This document shows, one piece after another, positions 39,180-45,756 of a DNA stretch of 50,203 nucleotides. The position numbers and the translations under genes are program-made. The notes beneath the pieces are model-generated. The model saw nothing but the letters and a program-made list of their open reading frames with translations, searched no databases and was not told where the DNA came from. Every line of letters begins with the position of its first letter. Position 1 is the stretch's first letter. Source of the DNA: Deltaproteobacteria bacterium (GTDB lineage Bacteria; Desulfobacterota; Binatia; UBA9968); NCBI GenBank assembly GCA_016183145.1, contig JACPFE010000206.1, positions 1 to 50,203 on the forward strand, read 5' to 3'.

Positions 39180-40421
39180 GTGTTAAAGAAATTGATCGTT
39201 AAGGGTTTTAAGTCGCTGGAGGATGTCGCTGTCGAATTTCCCCGAATGGCGGTGCTTTTTGGTCCCAATGCCGCGGGGAAAAGTAATCTTCTGGACGCGA
39301 TCCAAGCGCTGTCTCGCATCGGAACAAGCCGGACCCTGTCCGATGCCCTATCGGAACCCATCAGGGGATACCCGATAGAGGCGTTTGCTTTTCCGGCAGG
39401 TGGTCTAGCTGCACTGCTCAGTCAAACGAGGGCAAGCTTCTCTCTTGAAACGGTTTTGGATGTGGGAATAGAACATTTTCTTTACAACTATCGTTTTTCG
39501 GTTGAGATCCAGCCAGGTTCCGGCAGCGTAAGCGTGCAGGACGAATATCTCGTTACGCTGGGCAAGCGAGGCGAACCAAAAGGAAATCCGTCAATAGAAA
39601 GGGTCGAAGATCAGCTCCGAATTCGTCGCAAGAGCAAACCAGCTAATCCCCGGCGGGAAAATGTGGGCCAAAATTATGCGATCCTGTCAGACCCACGATG
39701 GAGTGGAGTTGAATACCGTGCCATCGAACGCTGTCGTAACGAGCTTTCAGGATGGCGTACTTATTACCTCGATCCGCGCGTGGCCATGCGTTCGGCTCGT
39801 CCACCTTCAGATGTGAGGGACATAGGAGTTTTGGGAGAAGATATCGCACCATTCTTATACCGTCTGCGTGCAGAACAGCCGAAGCGTTTTGATGCCGTCA
39901 AACGGACACTCCGTTCCTTGATCCCGAGCGTGGAGGACCTGACAGTTGATCTGGACAAGAAGCGCGGCACACTGGACATTCTGGTTCGGCAGGGCGGAAA
40001 GGAATTCTCATCACGCATAGTCTCTGAAGGGACCCTTCGCGTGCTCGCGCTCTGCGCGCTAACGGTGAACCCTTGGAGCGGTTCACTTCTCGCCTTCGAA
40101 GAGCCAGAGAACGGAGTTCACCCGCGACGTCTTGAGCTAATCGTGCAGCTCCTATCGTCCCTCGCAGTTGACTCTGGCCGCCAAATCGTTGTTACGACTC
40201 ACTCGCCTCTGTTCTGCGACGCGGTTCTGAAACTTGCGAAGCAGCAACCGAAGGAAATCGCTTTGCTCAGAGTTCGCCAGGGCGGTCAAGGCACGGAGAT
40301 AGTGCCGTTTAGCGTTAGTGCCCCCCTCTTTAAGGACCTGGAGATCGCCGAGGCACTAACAACTGGGACAGAAGACGGACTCTTCGAAAGCCTGATCCTT
40401 CGGGGAATGATTGATGAGTAG
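39180..40421 (+). CDS. AAA/ABC-type ATPase (AAA_15/AAA_21-like, OLD/PARIS-AriA-like)
   Basis: 'FGPNAAGKSNLLDAIQAL' Walker A, 'SEGTLRVLAL' signature-like and 'LLAFEEPENGVHP' Walker B. 413 aa. Confidence 0.85.
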   Translation: MLKKLIVKGFKSLEDVAVEFPRMAVLFGPNAAGKSNLLDAIQALSRIGTSRTLSDALSEPIRGYPIEAFAFPAGGLAALLSQTRASFSLETVLDVGIEHFLYNYRFSVEIQPGSGSVSVQDEYLVTLGKRGEPKGNPSIERVEDQLRIRRKSKPANPRRENVGQNYAILSDPRWSGVEYRAIERCRNELSGWRTYYLDPRVAMRSARPPSDVRDIGVLGEDIAPFLYRLRAEQPKRFDAVKRTLRSLIPSVEDLTVDLDKKRGTLDILVRQGGKEFSSRIVSEGTLRVLALCALTVNPWSGSLLAFEEPENGVHPRRLELIVQLLSSLAVDSGRQIVVTTHSPLFCDAVLKLAKQQPKEIALLRVRQGGQGTEIVPFSVSAPLFKDLEIAEALTTGTEDGLFESLILRGMIDE

Positions 40422-41013
40422 CCCGCTGACTGTGGATCTTTTTGCCGAAGATCGCGCTCATGAAGAGTTTCTGCGAGCTATGCTTAACAGAATCTCCGAC
40501 GAACAAGAGAGATACCTCACCGTTCGCGTGCGCTCGGCGAGGGGAGGCCACCCGCGGGTTCTTGAAGAATTGTCGTTGTATCAAAAGAGCGTCTTGAAAG
40601 CTCCGGAGAGTTTGTCGATGCCGGACCTGCTTTTCATTGCTATCGATGCCAACTGTAAGCGTTGGAATAGAGCGAGAAGGGATATTCAAGGAACAATCCA
40701 GTCCCAATTCGCGGCGCGCGCAATTGTGGCTTGTCCGGACCCCCATATCGAACGTTGGTATCTCGCAGACCCAGACTCCTTTGCGCAGGTTGTTGGAGTC
40801 CGCCCCAAGGTTGGAAAGAGAAAATGCGAAAGAGATCGATACAAGGCGATTCTTTCGAAAGCCATTGTCGATGCCGGGCATCCAGCAACGCTAGGAGGAA
40901 TCGAGTTCGCTCGGGAGTTAGTTGCCGCTATGGATCTCTATCGGGCCGGAAAAGCCGAAGGGAGCCTCAAACATTTTCTTGACGAAACCATTGCTCGCGT
41001 TAAGACCCTTTGA
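40411..41013 (+). CDS. Toprim-like / DUF4276-like partner protein
   Basis: Overlaps the ATPase stop by 11 nt. 'VDLFAEDRAHEEFLRAML', 'LLFIAIDAN' and 'PHIERWYLADPDSF' resemble the vEG.tE / D.D / iE.W.laD pattern of DUF4276/OLD-Toprim proteins (from memory). The second Asp of DxD is Asn here. Confidence 0.5.
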   Translation: MMSSPLTVDLFAEDRAHEEFLRAMLNRISDEQERYLTVRVRSARGGHPRVLEELSLYQKSVLKAPESLSMPDLLFIAIDANCKRWNRARRDIQGTIQSQFAARAIVACPDPHIERWYLADPDSFAQVVGVRPKVGKRKCERDRYKAILSKAIVDAGHPATLGGIEFARELVAAMDLYRAGKAEGSLKHFLDETIARVKTL

Positions 41014-41068
41014 AAACCCAAACCAGCAGCAGTCGCGCGGAACGGAAGAACTTCCTGCACAAGAACGA

Positions 41069-41656
41069 ATGGGAATAAGTCCAATTCAGGTCGCGACACT
41101 GACGTCATCGCAAGCTCGTTGGCCTCGCGGGCTTGCTAATAGGCTACGTCGTGATGTTCCTTCTCGACTCTGGGCCATCGGAAGCCCTGAAATTCTCGAT
41201 GAGAAGAAGGTCGGCCTGTTTTGCTCGGTTCGTTGTCCAGGTGATGCCATTCTCGACGCTTACGACAGCGCCCGGAAGCTACGTGATGAAGGCGTGACTG
41301 TCGTTAGTGGCTTTCACTCTCCCGTAGAAAAGGAATGCCTGCGAATTCTGCTGCGAGGGAAACAACCAATCATCATGTGCTTGGCACGGGCGTTAGAAAA
41401 GATTCGCCTGCCGGCTGACTGGCGCAGCGCTGTGGAAGCCGGCCGCTTATTGCTTATTTCACCGTTCGAGAAGCGGCCACGGCGTCCGACAAAGGAGGCC
41501 TCCCAGCGTCGCAACGAAATCGTCGCCGCGCTGTCGGATGAGGTTCTAATCATACACGCCGAATCAGGCGGCAGCGTAGCGCGAATCTCGCAGATGGTTG
41601 AACATTGGAAAGTGCCCAAACTCAATCTACCGAACAACGGAGGTAAGTCCTCTTAA
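41069..41656 (+). CDS. DprA/Smf-like Rossmann-fold protein, paralog 2
   Basis: 195 aa from 'MGISPIQ', with 'VGLFCSVRCPGD', 'VSGFHSPVEKECL', 'IIMCLARAL' and 'ASQRRNEIVAALSDEVLIIHAESGGSVARISQ'. Collinear with paralog 1. Confidence 0.65.
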   Translation: MGISPIQVATLTSSQARWPRGLANRLRRDVPSRLWAIGSPEILDEKKVGLFCSVRCPGDAILDAYDSARKLRDEGVTVVSGFHSPVEKECLRILLRGKQPIIMCLARALEKIRLPADWRSAVEAGRLLLISPFEKRPRRPTKEASQRRNEIVAALSDEVLIIHAESGGSVARISQMVEHWKVPKLNLPNNGGKSS

Positions 41657-41712
41657 GCTGCCGCGTTGCCTGGGGTGAAGGAAACCAAATTCATGCTCAG
41701 CGAAACTAATCA

Positions 41713-41760
41713 TGTGGCGGCCGCGCGATACGGGTTTACGGACGAGGAGTTGGACTTTCC
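41713..41760 (+). pseudogene. second, shorter methyltransferase-tail remnant
   Basis: 'VAAARYGFTDEELDF' then divergence. The DNA tacgggtttacggacgaggagttggacttt matches 38991-39020 at 27 of 30 positions. Confidence 0.4.
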
Positions 41761-42261
41761 TTTGTCGAAGCTCAGGACGGGCACCCATCCTACGGCTACA
41801 AACTCTGTCAAAGTCTCACCTGCCCACTCGGCAACGCGAGTCATAGATTCACGCTCGGGGCGTCGATCGAGAGTCGGCCAAGCTCGCTGCGATTTTAATC
41901 CGCTCTCTTACTTTCACCGACGCGACGTGTTAAGGTTAACACCATGATTAAAGAAGAAAAGGCAACAAGATCCGAAATTTTTCACCATCTCTCGCAGGTT
42001 TACGACGTTTCTCGCATCAACCCGGTACCACGACTGGGCCCGCAGCGGTAGTTTCTCTCTAAGTCTCCCAACAACTATCTCGCCTTTTGGCCAATCGCCG
42101 CAGTGAAGCGGCGTGAATCCTAGGGTGCTTGTTAGTTTGAAAAAGGGCCGCACCTTAAGGGCTTTGCCCGAGGGTTTAAGCGATTTTCGCTTCCAGCCCG
42201 ACGGTATGGCCCGTTTTTTTTCGACCCCATAGCCGGTGGTCACGCAGAAAATCCACCAGGA

Positions 42262-43641
42262 TTGGGGTGGGTACTATGTGTAAGAGTCATAAAAATAGAA
42301 AGCAGGTCCGTGTCTAACCGTAAAAAAGGCTTCAATTTACTCATCCGCGCTCTGGGTTCAAGAAATTACCGCCTATATTTCTTTGGACAGGCGGTGTCCT
42401 TGATCGGCACCTGGATGCAACAGATAGCCATGAGATGGCTGGTGTATCGCTTGACCAAGTCCGAGTTATTGTTGGGCGTAGTGGGATTTGCCAGCGATAT
42501 CCCGGTATTTTTTCTGGTGCCTTTTGCCGGCGTGCTCGCCGATAAATTCAAACGCCAGCGCATCTTGGCGATAACGCAAGGGCTGGCGGCGCTGCAAGCA
42601 TTTATCCTGGCGGTTTTGGTCATCACGGACCAAGCGGCGGTTTGGCATGTCGTGGTGCTCGGCGCGTTATTGGGCGTCATCAACGCCTTCGACATACCCG
42701 CCCGCCAAGCCTTCTTGGTGGAGGTGGTCGAGAACAAGGAGGACTTAGGCAATGCCATCGCGCTGAACTCGTTCATCTTCAATGGCGCATTGCTGATCGG
42801 CCCCGTCATGGCGGGTGTTCTGATCGCCTTTTTCGGCGAAGGACTCTGCTTGATTCTGAACGGTGTAAGCTACCTTGCCCTTATAGGCGCGCTCCTTCTT
42901 ATGAAAATTCCAGAGAGAAAAACGACTTCAGGAAATATTCAATTAGGGCGCGGGATCCTCGAAGGCGCAACCTACGCGTTTCGCTCAGTGCCCATCAGAT
43001 CGATTCTACTGCTGGTCGCCCTGGTGAGTTTTATGGGGGTTTCCTACATGCTGCTCATGCCGGTATTCGCCGAAGATGTTTTGCACGGCGGTCCACAAGC
43101 ATTTGGCTACCTCATGTCGGCAACCGGCATTGGTGCTCTGGCTGGGGCCGTTTTCCTGGCCTCGCGAAGGAATATTTTAGGGTTAGGAAAAGTGATTGTT
43201 ATCTCGGGTATAATGTACGGCATTGGACTTTTTGCCTTGTCGTTGTCGCATCATCTAATCTTGTCTTTGGTCATTGCCGTGGCGGTTGGTTTTTCCTTGA
43301 TGATGCAGATGGCTTCCAGCAACACGATCCTGCAGACAATCGTCGATGACCGGAAACGCGGTCGCGTGATCAGCCTCTTTGTGATGGCGCGCCGCGGCGT
43401 CGAATCGTTCGGCAGTTTAGTGGCCGGCGTAGTGGCACATCGGTTCGGCACGCCGGACACGTTGATGATCGGTGGCATCGTTTGCTTGCTCGCCTCGGTA
43501 GCCTTCGCCACGAAATTATCGATGATACGAGAAACCAGCCGTGCCTTTTATAAGGATATGAAGGATGCGAAATCAGACGCTAAACCCGTTCCGGTAGTTA
43601 GAGTAATTAATGAGCTGCCGGTGGGCGCGCCAAATCCATAG
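42262..43641 (+). CDS. MFS transporter (MFS_3/EntS-like)
   Basis: About 12 predicted TM segments, 'NYRLYFFGQAVSLIGTWMQ' and 'GVLADKFKRQRIL'. The start is uncertain (the GTG at 42310 is also plausible). Confidence 0.85.
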   Translation: MGWVLCVRVIKIESRSVSNRKKGFNLLIRALGSRNYRLYFFGQAVSLIGTWMQQIAMRWLVYRLTKSELLLGVVGFASDIPVFFLVPFAGVLADKFKRQRILAITQGLAALQAFILAVLVITDQAAVWHVVVLGALLGVINAFDIPARQAFLVEVVENKEDLGNAIALNSFIFNGALLIGPVMAGVLIAFFGEGLCLILNGVSYLALIGALLLMKIPERKTTSGNIQLGRGILEGATYAFRSVPIRSILLLVALVSFMGVSYMLLMPVFAEDVLHGGPQAFGYLMSATGIGALAGAVFLASRRNILGLGKVIVISGIMYGIGLFALSLSHHLILSLVIAVAVGFSLMMQMASSNTILQTIVDDRKRGRVISLFVMARRGVESFGSLVAGVVAHRFGTPDTLMIGGIVCLLASVAFATKLSMIRETSRAFYKDMKDAKSDAKPVPVVRVINELPVGAPNP

Positions 43642-43673
43642 AGGCACGAAGCAAACGGTTATCCATCCAATGG

Positions 43674-43853
43674 CTATAAAATCGTCGGCCCGTGTTGAAA
43701 AGCAGGCTCTGCCGGGTTGGGATTTTCTCTCTCAACCTTGCTCTCGGTCCTCGCCTTCTCGTCCCTGCGCTCCATCCGGCGCGCCGCCTTCTTCTGCTGC
43801 TTCTCTTTCCGGGCCATTTCCTTCTGCCGTTTCTTAAATGTTTCACTTGCCAT
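43674..43853 (-). CDS. small highly basic protein (59 aa), below the ORF-track cutoff
   Basis: Hand translation: 'MASETFKKRQKEMARKEKQQKKAARRMERRDEKARTESKVERENPNPAEPAFQHGPTIL*'. The ATG is preceded by AAGGAG with a 6-nt gap (7 nt upstream). Confidence 0.45.
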   Translation of the reverse strand: MASETFKKRQKEMARKEKQQKKAARRMERRDEKARTESKVERENPNPAEPAFQHGPTIL

Positions 43854-43918
43854 AAACGCTCCTTTTCAGTTGGTTAACGTTCGTTTGGCTGTTGGCGAAA
43901 ACCCAGCGCCATCAAACC

Positions 43919-44037
43919 AAGCGCGAGAATCATTCTGTGGCACGCGGCTAAGACCGAATTCGGACCGTGCCGGCCGATCGCTTCACTGCTTTCTTCGCGC
44001 TTTGAGAGCCTGGTCGATGTATTCTTCGGCGGCGCTC
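43919..44037. repeat. 119-bp direct repeat, copy 1 (duplicate of carD 3' end + downstream hairpin)
   Basis: Identical base for base to 44145-44263. Confidence 0.9.
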
Positions 44038-44144
44038 ATCTAGGAAAGATTTCTCTCTTCGTTCGAAATGACAATGCTCTTCCTTGGCGCCTTTGCGCCT
44101 TTGCGGGAGACATGGTTTTTCCGATCTCGTCTTCGTTTCCGACG

Positions 44145-44263
44145 AAGCGCGAGAATCATTCTGTGGCACGCGGCTAAGACCGAATTCGGACCGTGCCGGC
44201 CGATCGCTTCACTGCTTTCTTCGCGCTTTGAGAGCCTGGTCGATGTATTCTTCGGCGGCGCTC
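44145..44263. repeat. 119-bp direct repeat, copy 2 (contains the real carD 3' end)
   Basis: Identical to 43919-44037. The two copies are separated by a 107-bp spacer. Confidence 0.9.
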
Positions 44264-44703
44264 CTTGTCTCTCCCATCACTTCGGAGATCTCGCAAATCA
44301 AAAACCTTTTCGCTCGGTCCAGCGTCTCCCGTTCGCGCGGCGATAGCGCCTTGGTCTCGTTTAGCTCAGTCAGCGACTCAACGACCGCCGCCAAGTCGAA
44401 TGGCGACCCGGAGGTCAGCAGCTTCGAATGCTCTATGGCGCGCTGCTTCCAGTTGGTGGCCGGCGCGGCGACCTTTTTTAGCTGTCCGAACAGCTTCGGA
44501 ATCTGAGACCTTTCGAGCAATCGCCGGATACCCAGGGCCTGGACTTTGTCCGTGGGCACCAACAACCTTCCGCCCCTGTCGTCCAGTATAGCCAAATGGT
44601 AGAAGCTCATCGACCGGCCATCGACGACTCTATCGACGACCTCGTCAATAACGCAGGGGCCTTGATGCGGATAGTTGACTTTATTCCCAACGGTCAGATT
44701 CAT
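44209..44703 (-). CDS. carD: CarD/CdnL family RNA-polymerase-binding regulator
   Basis: 'VGNKVNYPHQGPCVIDEV', 'FYHLAILDDRGGRLLVPTDK' (TRCF-RID-like) and a helical C-domain. Confidence 0.9.
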   Translation of the reverse strand: MNLTVGNKVNYPHQGPCVIDEVVDRVVDGRSMSFYHLAILDDRGGRLLVPTDKVQALGIRRLLERSQIPKLFGQLKKVAAPATNWKQRAIEHSKLLTSGSPFDLAAVVESLTELNETKALSPRERETLDRAKRFLICEISEVMGETRSAAEEYIDQALKARRKQ

Positions 44704-44808
44704 TTGGATCTCCTTTTCTGTTAAGACGCCGGATCATAGCGCGTCTATTGTTTTTGGCGATCATGCGATCGCCTTTCAAACCATTGGACTAAAGCAGCTC
44801 GCTCGCTC

Positions 44809-45756
44809 TCAGTAAGTTCTCTCTTCATCAAGCGACGCGAGCAGCGCGCGGACGCTGCCGGTGGCCAGCGCGATGCTGGTATCCGCCGCGCCATAATACA
44901 GGCGGATGGTGTCGCCATCAGGGGCCAGCGTGGCGCCGCAAGGAAAGACGACGTTGTCCACATCCCCGCGCCGCTCGTAGGGTTCCTCAGGGCCAAAGAT
45001 CCACTCGTCGCTCCGTTTCAGGCAACGCTCCGGCGCCTGCAAATCAAACAGAGCAAGTCCCAGCCGGTAAATCGCGCCGCCCGCTGTCTGCCGCACACCA
45101 TGGTAGATCACCAACCAACCCTGCGCAGTTTCGATGGGCGGCGGCGAGAGACCGATTTTATTCGCATCCCACCATCCACCATGCCGGGCTTCCAGCATCA
45201 GCTTGTGACTGCCCCAGTGGCGCAGATCGGGCGAATAGGACATCCACATATGCGCGCCGGGCGCGCTGACCGGGCGATGGATCAAAGCCCACTGGCCGCC
45301 GATGCGATGAGGAAACAGGGCGGCATCTTTATCTTCCGGCGGCATGATCATCCCGTAGCGCTCGAAGTCGTGGAAATCTTCCGTGAGCGCCAGGGCCACC
45401 CCCGGGCCGACGCGCGAGTAGGCGGTATAGACAATGACGTACTTGCCTAATTCGGCGAGGTAGGTAATGCGCGGGTCTTCAATGCCCCACACTTCTTCCG
45501 GGAACCGTTCGGGTTCGGCCAACAGAGTCGGCTGGCAGTCGATGTGCCAGTCATCGACGCCGTTGGCGGAGCGGGCGACACTCAAATGGGAATGGCCTCT
45601 GCGATCTTCCACGCGGCAGAGTAGCAGAGTAGTGCCATCGCGCAGCAACGTCGCGCCCGGGTTGAAGATGCTATTGGCCGGATAGGGCCACTGGGCGGCG
45701 GTCAAGATGGGATTGTGCCGATAGCGGTGAAAGAGTTCGGGGTGATGGTTATTCAC
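44809..45756 (-). CDS. GH130 family glycoside phosphorylase/hydrolase (beta-propeller)
   Basis: 'RHNPILT', 'SIFNPGATLLRDGTTLLLCRVED', 'GIEDPRITYL' and 'YYGAADT'. Confidence 0.85.
   Translation of the reverse strand: MNNHHPELFHRYRHNPILTAAQWPYPANSIFNPGATLLRDGTTLLLCRVEDRRGHSHLSVARSANGVDDWHIDCQPTLLAEPERFPEEVWGIEDPRITYLAELGKYVIVYTAYSRVGPGVALALTEDFHDFERYGMIMPPEDKDAALFPHRIGGQWALIHRPVSAPGAHMWMSYSPDLRHWGSHKLMLEARHGGWWDANKIGLSPPPIETAQGWLVIYHGVRQTAGGAIYRLGLALFDLQAPERCLKRSDEWIFGPEEPYERRGDVDNVVFPCGATLAPDGDTIRLYYGAADTSIALATGSVRALLASLDEERTY

Noticed and set aside
41914-42243. 109-aa minus-strand ORF at the right edge of the island.
   Set aside because: It has no ribosome-binding site and no motif, and it lies in what looks like degraded non-coding DNA. 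It could be a gene fragment, but I cannot support a call.
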